Part shown: positions 25,807 through 38,746 of the stretch, piece by piece
Layout of the letters: every line of letters begins with the position of its first letter
How positions within the stretch are numbered: the stretch's first letter is position 1
NCBI RefSeq assembly: GCF_006345805.1
Contig: NC_043003.1
Location: forward strand, 69,316,001-69,380,000
DNA length: 64,000 nucleotides
Reading direction: 5' to 3'
Source of the DNA: Octopus sinensis
Taxonomy: Eukaryota
Made by a program: the position numbers and the translations under genes
Notes under the pieces: model-generated
What the model was told of the DNA's origin: nothing
Seen by the model: the letters and a program-made list of their open reading frames with translations, nothing else
The model's database searches: none

Positions 25807-25845
<39 letters not shown>

Positions 25846-25934
25846 AATATATATATATATATATACATGCATACATACATACATACGTACATATATATCC
25901 ATACAGAGAGACGGACAGACAGACAGACAGACTC

Positions 25935-25991
<57 letters not shown>

Positions 25992-25992
25992 T

Positions 25993-26038
<46 letters not shown>

Positions 26039-26344
26039 GATAGATAGATAGATAGATATAGATAGATAGATATAGATAGATAGAGATAGATAGATAGATA
26101 TGTATACACACATACATACATCCATATATCCACAGGACATGCATATATATCTACGTACAAATGTATGTTTTTGTGAGTGAGTGCTTCCCAACCACATGGT
26201 TCCGGGTTCAGTCCCACTGTGTGGAAGCTTGGGCAATTTTCTTCGACTAAAGCTTCGGGCCGACCAAAGCCTTGTGAGTGGATATCGTAGACGGAAACTG
26301 GAAGAAGCCTGTTCTACATACACACACACACACACACACACATA

Positions 26345-26394
<50 letters not shown>

Positions 26395-26508
26395 AAAAGC
26401 AATTAAGATTCAGTCAATTCTAATGAATTCACTTGAATGCGGTACTTAACTTAGATGCACCAGAAAACTATATGGTGTTAACCATACAGTAATGTGGGGT
26501 GATTATAA

Positions 26509-26695
26509 ACGAGAAAGACGCAACAAGAATGGATTAGTTTTTAGTACAATTGTTTCATACAAAGACAGGCTTTATTATTTGCAACTTTTAATAAATGCTG
26601 CAATATCTGCTGCAATATTTGCAACTTTTAATAAAGCCTGTCTTTGTATGAAACAATTGTACTAAAAACTAATCCATTCTTGTTGCTTCTTTCTC

Positions 26696-26697
<2 letters not shown>
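26509..26697. repeat. 69-bp near-perfect inverted repeat in a (TA)n-flanked repeat fragment
   Basis: 26509-26577 is the reverse complement of 26629-26697 with one mismatch. Confidence 0.85.
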
Positions 26698-26753
<56 letters not shown>

Positions 26754-28573
26754 CTTAGTATGTCCTTTGATTAATTTTTATCCTTCAGTTATTTAATACT
26801 TTTTGGGGCCTGCAATCGCCTATATTATTGATTCTGTTATCATTTTTAATTGTTACACTAGATAATAACAGAGACAATAATATCTTCGCAAATATTTTTC
26901 TCCTGAATTATTTGCTCCGTATTGAAATATACGATAGACTTCTTTCAGTTTCCGTCTACCAAATCCACTCACAAGGCTTTGGTTGACCCGAGACTATAGT
27001 AGAAGACACTTACGCAGTCAGACTGAACCTAGAATCATGTGGTTGGGAAGTATGCTTCTCGTATACATTTACGTTTATATTAGTAATAAATTACACTAAA
27101 CGTCCAGTGTATGTCTTGCTTTTCCTGCATTATCTCCGATTTCTCAAGCTTTCCGTCTTTCTGCATTATCCTTTTTCTTTATTCTTCCATACTGTCTTTT
27201 TCTCTCACTTTGTCATTTTCACATCGATTCCCTTACACTCAAGCGTATGTATGCAAGCATGCCTGCATCTATGTATGTATGTAATTATCTCTCTCCCTCA
27301 CACACATGCACACACACAATTATATTATTGTTGTCTCAGCATTGTGAATGAATTGAAGCGTTAACCATCTCGTAAGATGTCGCAATATAAGAAATACTCC
27401 AGTATATTCAACAGATTAATATACTGGAAATCTCTTTATATCTTGTCTCATTTTTAATACAATTCAATAAACCTTAAAATATCGTGCCTTTCTTTAATAA
27501 ATTCCATGTAATTATTATTTCGTAGTAAATCTATCACGCAGACGCTTCGGACTTCCTGAGCTTACAATATGTATAAGAAGAATTTGTTTAGTGTGTAGGA
27601 GAGGAATAAAAAAATAAATGATTTTGTTTCCCTTTAACTATTCTATATCTACTGGAGAATAATGAGCTTAAGGTTTTGAAAAGATACAGACATGGCTGTG
27701 CGGTTAAGGAGCTTGATTTGCAACCACTTGATTTTGGGTTCAGTCCCACTGCATGGCACCTTGAGCAAGTGTGTGTGTCTTTATGTGTGTGTGTGTCTTT
27801 GTGTGTGTGTGTCTTTGTGTGTGTGTCTTTGTGTGTGTGTGTCTTTGTGTGTGTATTTGTCACCCCTTCCCCACCGCTTGACAACTGTAACCTAACGGTT
27901 CAACGAAAATGACTGATCCTTTAAAAAAAACATAAATACTGAGGTGGATTTGTTCGACTAAAACCCTTCAAGGCGGGACTCCAGCATGGCCGTAGTCCAA
28001 TGATTGCAACAAGAAAAAGACAAAAGATAAAAGATTTATTCTAGCATCACTTCATAATACTTGTCTACCTTAGATGATCTCTGATTAAGTAAATCTATGA
28101 ACAACGGGGTGTGGGATTATCTTGAGCTGCATAAACTATTATTATACTACAGGATTGGGTGACCCTTTCAGCTATACTGAGGGTGCGAATAGTAAACTTG
28201 TGGGGCTGGAGCATCTGTGCTAAAACAAACAACGAAGCTTTAATTTTATTAATTCATAAGACTGTCGATTAAATATTAATGTCAAATTTTGGCACAAGGC
28301 TAGCAATTTTGAGAGAGGTGTCGAGTCTATTAAATCGACCCCAGAGTTCAACTGGCACTTATTTTAACGACTCCGAAAGGATAATAGACGAAGTCCACCT
28401 CAGCAGAGTTTGAACTCAGAACGTAAAGACGGACGAAGTGCCGCTAAGGGTTTTTTTCTCGGCTCGTTAACGATTCTACCTGCTGCTCAACGCCTTACAT
28501 TATGTTATGGCACGGCTTTAAAAACGTGATTTCATTGATCAATGTATAATATTTGGGTATCGGAAAATATTCT

Positions 28574-29135
28574 AGCGTGGAAGGTGTTTATAAGCCATTT
28601 AAGAAACACAAATTCACTTCAACATTTAAATTTAATTTGTCAAAATATTTTCGTCGCTTTCAATTCTTTATTGCTCACAAGAGGCTACACATAGAGGGGA
28701 CGAACAAGGACAGACAAAGGGACTAAATCGATTACATCGACCCCGGTACGTAACTGGTACTTATTTAATCGACCCCGAAAGGATGAAAGGCAAAGTCGAC
28801 CTCGGCGGAATTTGAACTCAGAAAGTAGCGGCAGACGAAATACTGCTAAGCATTTCGCCTGGCGTACTAACGTTTCTGCCAGCTCGCCGCCTTTTTTCGT
28901 CGCTTTGAGACCGCGACCTGTTCACTGACAAAATTCCGTGCAGCACGGAATTTTGTCAGTGAACAGGTCGCGGTCTCAAAGAGACGAAAATATTTTGGCA
29001 AGTTAAATTTAAATGTTGAACTGAATCTAACGGCTTTTGTGTTTCTTAAATGGCTTATAAACACCTTCCACGCTGCAATTGTTTTCGTTCCAGCACACGA
29101 TCTCAGATCAGGTCACTTGCTATGCAAGTACATCT
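28574..29135. mobile_element. Fully palindromic MITE interrupted by a SINE
   Basis: Arms fold about position 28942 (…TTCCGTGC-A-GCACGGAA…). The left arm is split by a minus-strand SINE (28661-28893) with TSD TTTTCGTCGCTTT. Confidence 0.82.
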
Positions 29136-29209
29136 CAGAAAATATTCTTTTACTCCTTTATTCAATGTGTATCTGCATCCCTCCACACATTTTCTCCATC
29201 CACTATTTA

Positions 29210-29500
29210 TTAGAAGAGTCGTGGAACTAAAGTCCTCACGCACCTTCACCTACCAGAAGCGACCGTCATTAGACTTTCTGACTGGATTTCCATGCATGAC
29301 CAACTAAGACTATGGATGTCATCCAACCATTTCATTCTTGGTCTACTCCTAGGTCTCTCCTTCCAGTTGGCTCAGTTTGAAGAATTCGTCTTTTGACTCT
29401 GTTCAGCACCATTCTAGCCACATGTCCGTAGTACAGGAGTTGTGACCACTCAATGCAGAGAAGGAACAGCTTCATGTGAAGAGACTCGCTGTTCTCTGAA
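29210..29500 (-). pseudogene. RTE-like LINE 3' fragment
   Basis: QLLYYGHVARM...RRILQTEPTGRRDLG matches the GHV.RM...G.R..GRP C-terminal motif. Confidence 0.6.
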
Positions 29501-29636
29501 CTACGCATTTCGGTCGAAAAAAATTCGGTGGAACCCCTATTCGGTCTACATTCGCGAAGAAATATCAAATTCTTATTATTATTATTCCGAGCTCGATTCC
29601 AGGCAGTGACCTGAATAATAATAATAATAATAATAA

Positions 29637-29688
<52 letters not shown>

Positions 29689-30814
29689 GCAAATTCTTTG
29701 AAAAATTGTGTATTGTGTCACATCACCTTTACATTTTCCAAATAATAATAATTCCTTCCTACGCGAGGCACAAGGCCTGAAATTTTGGGGAAGGGGCCCA
29801 GTTGATTAAATTGACTCCAGTACACAACTGATACTTAATTTATCGACCCCGAAAGGATGAAAAGCAAAATCGACCTCAGCAGAATTTGAACTCAGAACGT
29901 AGCGGCAGACGAAATAGCGCTAAGCATTTCGCCCGGCATGCTAACGATTCTGCCAGCTCGCACCTTTTTTGCCAAATAATAATAATAATAATAATTCTAT
30001 GTATAGTTTTCCGTCTTATGGTTTTCGTTCCTTCCAATGAGTATTTTTTTAAAGAATTATTTAACTCTCAGAACTGACTTCTTTTACTCGATTTTACTTG
30101 CTTGAGTCATTGGACTGCGGCCAAGCTGGAGCACCGCCTCGAAGGGTTTTTGCCGAACAAATTGACCTCAGTACATATTTTCAAGTCTGGTACTTATTCT
30201 ATCAGTCTTTTTTGCCGAACTGCCATACACCAATTGTCATGCTGGCTGTGGCGGGGTTGGGGGTGATAAATACAAACACAATACACACACAATGATACAA
30301 ACATAAATAAATACGTGTGCGTGCATATATGCGACGGGCTTCCACACAGTTTCCATTTATCCAAATTCTTTACATGCCTCGGATTTACTACAGCCTCGGT
30401 TCGAGGCTATAGAAAAATACACTTGCCCAGAGTCCTGCGCATTGAGATTGAACCCGAAATCACGTGGTGGCACAGTGAGCTTCTTAACCACACAACCAGG
30501 CCTCCGCCTATGGGAAAGAATTTCGACCAAGTAGTTTAAATTATTAGAGTTATCTCCCTTATGATATTGCTTTATGATGTTTGCGAGAAAGGATTCCGAG
30601 TGACGGAGAATTATGTCGATCATTATGACTGAAGTAATTGATTGGATGGGACTTATTTCTTAGCCCAAGGATGAAAGGATGAAAGGCAAAATAATTCAAC
30701 GTTGGTGTGATTCGAACATGAAGCGTAAAAGTGACTCAGCTAAATGCAACAAAGCATTTCATTCGATGCTCTACCGAAACATAAACCGAATCAATCTCAC
30801 TCGCCCTCTTTCTT

Positions 30815-30885
<71 letters not shown>

Positions 30886-30886
30886 A

Positions 30887-30932
<46 letters not shown>

Positions 30933-30967
30933 GCACACACACACACACAGAAAGATAGACACTGGTA

Positions 30968-31255
30968 TTCTTTTACTTGTTGAGGTCATTTGACTCCGCC
31001 CAAGCTAGAGCACCGCCTTTAGTCGAGCAAATCGACCCCAGGACTTATACTTTGTAAGCCTGGTACTTATTCTATCGGCCTCTTTTGACGAACCGCTAAG
31101 TTGACGTAATTACACCAGCATTGGTTGTCAAGCGATGTTGGGGGACAAACACAGACACACAAACATATACACACACACATACATACACACACACACACAT
31201 ACATACATACATACATACATACATACATACATACATACATACATACATACATACA

Positions 31256-31288
<33 letters not shown>

Positions 31289-31460
31289 GTATGTATGTAT
31301 ATATATATGTGTATGTGTGTGTGTCTACCAAATCCACTCACAAAGCTTCGGTCGGCCCGAGGTTATAGTAGAAGACACTTGCCCAAGTTGTCACGCAGTG
31401 GGACTGAACCTGGAACCACGTGCTTGGGAAGCAAGCTACTTACCATACAGCCACTCCTAT
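30968..31460 (-). mobile_element. CORE-type SINE, full length, minus strand
   Basis: Reverse-complement match to 9371-9826 with an expanded (CATA)n interior. Confidence 0.78.
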
Positions 31461-32442
31461 ACCTATGTGGATGAATATTTTTAATACCATACACGAAACT
31501 CTCGGCTCTCGAGCCACTTTTATCTGTTTCTACTTATTACAGACAATAAATCTCTCTCTCTCTTTCTCGTTGCTGGGGTTACCAAAGGAGTGGAGAAATA
31601 GAGTCTGTGAGATGGAGTTTAACTGAAAAGTGACTCAATATTATACTTTTAAGAGAAGAGGGGTGACAGTGACTTCGAAGTTAAGACATGCTGGCCTTCG
31701 TTGGACATTCAAACAAAGATTCAGCAGGCCGAAACTTCGAAGTCACAGACAGACAGACAAGCATGCATACACACATACATATATACATTCATATATACAC
31801 ATATGCATACATACAGGCACACACATACGTACATACATACATACATACATACATACATACATACATACATACATACATACATACACATATATGTGCATAC
31901 ATACATGCATACATGCATACAAACATACATACATACATACATACATGCATACATACATACATACATACATACATACATACATACATACATACATACATAC
32001 ATACATGCATACATACATACATACATACATACATACATGCATACAAACATACATACATACATACATACATATGCATACATACATACATACATACACACAT
32101 ACATACATACATACATACATACATACATACATACATACATACATACATCTCGAGTATAACCAGTCGAAATTGCAAAGATAATCTGGAATTCGACTGAGGA
32201 ATGGAAACTCCGAATGACCCGTCCTTGTTTTCTTGGTATCGTCTATCTGGATATTTTGTTGTCTTTTTTTGTATCACCTGTCTGGAGGTTTTGCGTTCTT
32301 GTCCCATTTTGTATTTTATATATATGTATATATACACACATACGTACATATATACATACATACGTACGCACACATACATGCATACATACATACATATATA
32401 CACACACATACATGCATACATACATACATACATACACACATG

Positions 32443-32509
<67 letters not shown>

Positions 32510-33358
32510 ACACTCATATGTGTTTGAGATGTGTATGATAGTTTTTCTCTTATAATCAAGCTGGCCAAATCCACAGGGTATCGGCTTCCATATTCAAGGC
32601 GGCGAACTGGCAGAAACGTTAAGCACGCCGGGCGAAATGCTTAGCGGTATTTCGTCTGCATTACGTTGTGAGTTCAAATTCCGCCGAGGTCGACTTTGCC
32701 TTTCATCCTTTCGGGATCGATAAATTAAGTACCAATTACGCACTTGGGGTCGATGTAATCGACTTAATACCTATGTCTGTCCTTGTTTGTCCCCTCTGTG
32801 TTTAGCCCCTTGTGGGTAATAAAGAAATAGGTTTATAGTTCGCGTCTCATCAGCAGCAGTGTATCACATCATTCCAATCTGATCGAGGTGGTTTACCTAA
32901 TTGAAACAGATATAAAAAAACACGACTGCCAATGCAACGTATTGTTTGGAGGAGGCGGCAGAAGAGCATCGTAGAGACTCCCTTAGCGTTATGTGTTATG
33001 TAAGTACCAAAACAGTTAGTAGCCTCTCTCCCGCCTCTCTCCCGCCTCTCGCTTTCTCTCTCGTCTCTTTGTGCTTTCGTCACTGTGTGTGTATGTGTTT
33101 GTTTATGTGCTTGTGTATGTGTGTGTGTGTGTCTGTGTGTATGGGGGTGTCTGTGTGTATGGGGGTGTCTGTGTGTAGGTGTGTGAAACGAAGCGATACG
33201 TGTGCTAAAGTCTAACATCTCCTCGCCATATATATACTCACACATAACACTGACAAGCGCACAAATTATACACGCCATATATACATGTGTGCGTGCGTGT
33301 GTGTGTGTGTGTTGTGTGTGTGTGTGTATGTTTGTATGTATGTATATACATACATATA

Positions 33359-33427
<69 letters not shown>

Positions 33428-33523
33428 AGAGAGAGAGAGATGATGTATTTATGTGTCGGTGTATGTATGTATATATATATGTGTGTGTGTGTATGTATTT
33501 TATGTGTGTGTGTGTGTGTGTGT

Positions 33524-33554
<31 letters not shown>

Positions 33555-33793
33555 TGTGTGTGTATGCGGCATTCCGTCTGTCTTTATGTTCCGAGTTCAA
33601 ATTTCGCCGAAGTCGACTTTGCCTTTCATCTTTTCGAAGTTGATAAAATAAGTATCAGTTGAACACGGGAGTGGGGAAGCAATATAATCGGCTTATCGCC
33701 TTCCCTAGAAACTTGTGGCTTTGTGCGAAATTTGAAACCAATAATTATATATACCTATACACATACATAGACCGACTGACAGACAGCAGACAC

Positions 33794-33913
<120 letters not shown>

Positions 33914-34271
33914 AAGAGAGAGATGGAAGGAGTTTACGATGTAATTCCCACCAATGTTTCACGGAGGTATCCAAGAGGATTTTAACGATCCTCAATAAAC
34001 ATGAAACTAAGTCAAATGTGAGGTTTGTGTATAACCTGATAGAATTTCTATCTGGTATATGGAGGCCCATCAATAACAAGACAGATTTTGGGGTGCTATT
34101 TTCGCGTGTGATCTACAACCTAAAGGGCGATTACTTTTGATTACTTTTTAGTTTAGTTTTCAATTTCTAAAAGGACTTAACACATTAGCTACAGATATTT
34201 TACAATAAATTCTTTTGTACATACTTAGCACTGTATATGTATTCTTTCAAAATTCTTACTATTTTAATAAT

Positions 34272-34620
34272 AACAAGAACACTCAGAGAGCGCAGACCTC
34301 CGCCAAAGCCACAGCGACGTCTTCTCAACGATTAGCCAGAGATGGTTTTTAAAACGAGAATATCTAAAATAAATTCGACTGCTATCACAAACTAAAAATG
34401 AACCCGACTGCTCTCAAAAATTAAGTAAAAAATGAAAAATAATCCAGAATCCTTGTCTGGTACCGGATCGATCCCAAAATCTAATCAGTTCATACCAGTC
34501 ACGAGGCCAAACATCCCTGAAAGTTTCATCCGAATCCATCTAGCGGTTCTTGAGATATCTTGTCCACGGACAAACAAGCAAACACGACTGAAATAATACC
34601 CCCGCCTTCGCTAAGGCGGA
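34272..34620 (+). mobile_element. Helentron-associated (HINE/DINE-like) non-autonomous element; second copy at 40702-41066
   Basis: Two highly similar copies; AAGTTTCATCCGAATCC...TCTTGAGATAT subterminal motif and terminal hairpin CCGCCTT-CGCT-AAGGCGG. Confidence 0.62.
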
Positions 34621-34889
34621 TGAAATAAAACCATGTTTCATTAACGTCTAAGTAAATGATAATAAGATAGCCAGAATAAATAATACAATAATTAGAATGA
34701 GCTCGTAGATCACACAAATTTGGCAGCCGCGAGTTTTGCATCGAAAAACTAAACTTAAGTAATCGTCCTTGAAGTTGTGGATCACAAACAAAAGTAGAAC
34801 CGATTTTTGTTTATTTATCACTTAACAATGTCTACTTTTGAAAGTAGATATTAGTTCTGATCTATAGTTTAGTGCCTTTAAACAGAGAA

Positions 34890-35765
34890 TGGTTTTATAC
34901 AATTCACAAATTTTATTTAATCACCTACAAAATGTTTCCCTTGGGAATTCACACACTTCTTATCCCAGCGGCTCTGACTTTGCTGGTAACACCTCTGGAA
35001 CGCCCTCTCTGGAAAGGTATAAAGCTCCGCAATTGCTCCAATCGCGACTCAGATCGCTTCCTTTTTAGTGTGGTTTTCTATTTGGGGAAGAGCCAGAAGT
35101 CACTCGGTGCCAAGTCGGGAGAGTAGGGAACCCGTCGAACAAGTGTTGTGTTGTTCTTGACAAGGAAAGCTTGATTATGAGGACGGAATGAGCGAGCGCA
35201 TTGTCGTGTTGAAGTTTACCACTTTTTTGCTGCCTACATATCCGGCCGCTTTCAACGTACAGCAATTTGAAGGTGACGTATAACTTCCAGGTAATATTCC
35301 TTACTGATTGGTGGCGAGCTGGCAGAAACGTTTGCACGCCAGGCGATATGCTTAGCGATATTTCGTCTGTCTTTATGTTCTCAGTTCAAATTCCGCCGAA
35401 GTCGGCATTGCCTTTCATCCTTTCGTGGTCGATAACTTAAGTACCAGTTGCGTACTGAGGTAGATCTTATCAACTGGCCTCCTCCCCCAAAATTTCGAGC
35501 CTTGTGCCAAGAGTAGAAAAAAAATATTCCTTGTTGACTGCTTGGCCTTGTAGTACGGTATTCATGACGGGAGTCAAAGAAACAGTTCAGCGTTACATCT
35601 ACCCGAAGAGCGTAATGTCCAGAAACTGAAGCGGCCCACCGGCGTAAAAATTTTCACGCATGCGCAGGAAGGATAGTGTCACCGGCTATCCAAAGGATTT
35701 TACCCACGCGGCATTAGTTTTGGCGGAAAAAGATAAAGTTGAATACTTTTTAAACGCACCTCGTA
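34890..35765 (-). mobile_element. Second mariner remnant with a nested SINE (35311-35522)
   Basis: HDNALAH and YSPDLAPSDFWLFPK motifs on the minus strand; terminus TACGAGGTGCGTTTAAAAAGTATTC at 35765; duplicated AATATTCCTT flanks the SINE. Confidence 0.75.
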
Positions 35766-35807
35766 CAGGCATACATACTAACAATAAATAGCTTTCTTAG
35801 TTTCGTG

Positions 35808-36134
35808 CATAGGTTCTCAAAGTGGGCGCTACCGCCCCCCGGTGGCATTGAGACGGTCCAGTTGGGCGCTGGTGCCTAAGAGGGCGACGAGGTGGGGCAG
35901 TAGAGCAAAAGGAGGCGTTGGGAGGAAGGCAGTGGATTGGGGAGTCTCTAAATTTATTTATAATATTATTACAGTTTTGTACACAAATTATATAATATAT
36001 TAAATATCAAATGATTCATAATATATATAAATTAGTAAAATATAAAATATTTATTTATATATAAAAATAGGGGTCGGGGCGCTGAGGGTGTTATGTGGCC
36101 ATGAGGGGTGACCCAAAAAGTTTGAGAATCTCTG
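35808..36134. mobile_element. hAT-like MITE
   Basis: Imperfect TIRs CATAGGTTCTCAAAGT / AGTTTGAGAATCTCTG with subterminal GGGCG repeats. Confidence 0.5.
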
Positions 36135-36459
36135 GTCTAGTGAGCAAATATCTCAGTGACAACCTGGAAAAGCTAAGGTTTACAGAAAAAGAAATCAACT
36201 AGCTAACAGACACATTAGAAATACAGTTTGTAAGCGGAACAGTAAAAATATACAAAACTTTTCTCAAGTTCTAAATGTGACATTGTTTTTATCTACTTTC
36301 CAGCAATGGGGGCTTTTTGTATCTTTGTTAGAAACCAACTCCTTCTTTATTTCAAATAATTTTAAACAGAACAGAACATACACCGAGACGTCTACGGGCG
36401 TCTTTAGACGTCTAAAGTGTATGGACACGAAAAGCAATTGTCCGCTTTATTTTTGTAGC

Positions 36460-36498
36460 ATCATCATCAACGTCATCGTCGTCGTCGTCGTCGTCGTC

Positions 36499-36533
<35 letters not shown>

Positions 36534-36546
36534 GGTGGTGGTGGTG

Positions 36547-36611
<65 letters not shown>

Positions 36612-36627
36612 GGTGGTGGTGGTGGTG

Positions 36628-36668
<41 letters not shown>
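36460..36668. repeat. Compound trinucleotide repeat (GTC/GTA/GTG); similar (GGT)n blocks at 39115-39400 and 39730-39770
   Basis: Directly visible. Confidence 0.95.
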
Positions 36669-37857
36669 TGCCGCCTTAATAATTAAGACGGCATTGTTTA
36701 AAGTCTCGCTTTTTGTTTTTAATCCTCCAAAAGCAGCTGTCGTTCTAGTGAAATCCTCTAAGGCTTAAGGGTATTTTTAAAAAGCAAAATGCCTCTAAAG
36801 ACAAATATGTTACGTTGTCTCGGGTTTTTACTAAACACCGAGACATTTCATTTTTCATTAACTCGGTCCATCCATGCTAACTTAACCAGTGAAGAAACTC
36901 AACGGGTTAGTTCGACCTTTCTAAAACTAGCAACCAATGAAAATAATATGAATGAACTGCAATAATGTAAAGGATTTTGCAAGGCCGCTCTCTTTCGAAA
37001 CTTTTTTTCCATACATTATCCCATGATGCACCTGGACACATTATCAGTGATGTTTCCTGCGGTCATTATGAGGTTCACGTCCTTCAACATCAAATATCCT
37101 CACGAAGGTGATCCAGCCAGAGTCGATCGAACGCCAGCCTGTGTCCAATTAGCAATACCCCCGGTATCACTGCCGTTTCAAGGCCTCACACCCGATTCAC
37201 AGCCACCTTGAGGCGACCTCGGTGCCTCCACGGCCATTTTGGTGGTCTTCTACCTTCCGGGCCCTGTGATGCCATCTTTGGTTTCACATGATGTGATTTG
37301 CTTCTGTTTTTGTTTTGTTTTTTGCATATAAAGGCATTTCATTTCTTTTTAATGTGATGTATTTGATGGGAAAGAGAGAGGGGAGGGGGAGGGAGAGAGA
37401 CGGAGAAAGAGAGAGACGGAGAAAGAGAGAGGGGAGAAAGAGAGAGGGGAGAAAGAGAGAGATACATAGAAAGTGAGAAAGGGGGAGAGACAGAGAAAGA
37501 GAAACATAGAGGGAGAGGGAAGGAGAGAGTAAAGAGAGAGAGAGAGAGAGGGATAGTGAGAAAGGCGAATAGATTCTCGTGATTTGGTTGTTTAATTTAT
37601 CAAAGATGAAAGAAGTTAAGGTGTCGAGGTTAGGGTGTTGCACGCAAAATCGCGGTTTCGATTCCCGGCCTATTATAACAACCTAATTAATCCTTTCTAC
37701 TAAAGGCATGAAAGGCGATGTTGACCTTGGTAGAATTTGAATTCAAAACATAGTGACGGGCTAAATACCTATTTCTTTACTACCGACAAGGGGCTAAACA
37801 CCGATATCGACTACTTTTCATCTTTTCGGTATTGATAGAATAAGTACCAGTTCAAAT

Positions 37858-38236
37858 GGAGGCGCAATGGCCCAGTGGTTAGGGCAGCGAACTCGCGGTC
37901 GTAGGATCGCGGTTTCGATTCCCAGACCGGGCGTTGTGAGTGTTTATTGAGCAAAAACACCTAAAGCTCCATGAGGCTCAGGCAGGGATGGTGGTGATCC
38001 CTGCTGTACTCTTTCACCACAACTTTCTCTCACTCTTACTTCCTGTTTCTGTTGTACCTGTATTTCAAAGGGCCGGCCTTGTCACTCTGTGTCACGCTGA
38101 ATATCCCCGAGAACTACGTTAAGGGTACACGTGTCTGTGGAGTGCTCAACCACTTACACGTTAATTTCACGAGCAGGCTGTTCCGTTGATCGGATCAACC
38201 GGAACCCTCGCCGTCGGAACTGACGGAGTGCTTCCA
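37858..38236 (+). mobile_element. tRNA-derived SINE (third family)
   Basis: Head TGGCCCAGTGGTTAGGG...GGTTTCGATTCCC; 3' ~185 bp shared with 54822-55140. Confidence 0.75.
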
Positions 38237-38322
38237 ATCTAAAAAACCAGTTCAAAAACAGTCATGCTAAAACAAGTCAGTTCATCTCAAATTCTTTGTA
38301 AACTCCCAAATATATCTCCTTC

Positions 38323-38358
<36 letters not shown>

Positions 38359-38709
38359 CTACCAAATATGACTGTTTTTGAACCAATTCCTTTCTGTGTA
38401 TATATATAGATACTTCCAAACAAACATGATTTTTGATGAAATCCTAATATATATATATATATCTTTGAAATTTTTGTTTAATATTTTCTTATTATTATCA
38501 AAGAATGTATATATGTATTGTAATATTTTGTGACAACCAGTACTTAACACAACAAAGCTTTTACAAATCTATCTTTTCATTTTACTTTTGACAATCTTTT
38601 TCTTAAAAAAAGTGAAACCGGTCAAGTGAATAAACATCTTTAAAATTGCATTTTCAAGCCTTCTCTCTTATATATTTCCACTCGTGCGGTACCTTACAAT
38701 TTCACTTTG

Positions 38710-38746
<37 letters not shown>

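Noticed and set aside
31630-33660. Many ORFs of the HTYI/MYVC type, also at 18.8-19.5, 25.7-26.4, 48.0-48.8 and 61.2-61.5 kb
   Set aside because: Translations of (CATA)n, (CA)n and (TA)n microsatellites with no splice or domain support.
37858-37935. tRNA-like sequences here and at 16153, 54822 and 62160
   Set aside because: A/B boxes are present but there is no complete acceptor stem; they are SINE heads continuing into repeat bodies.
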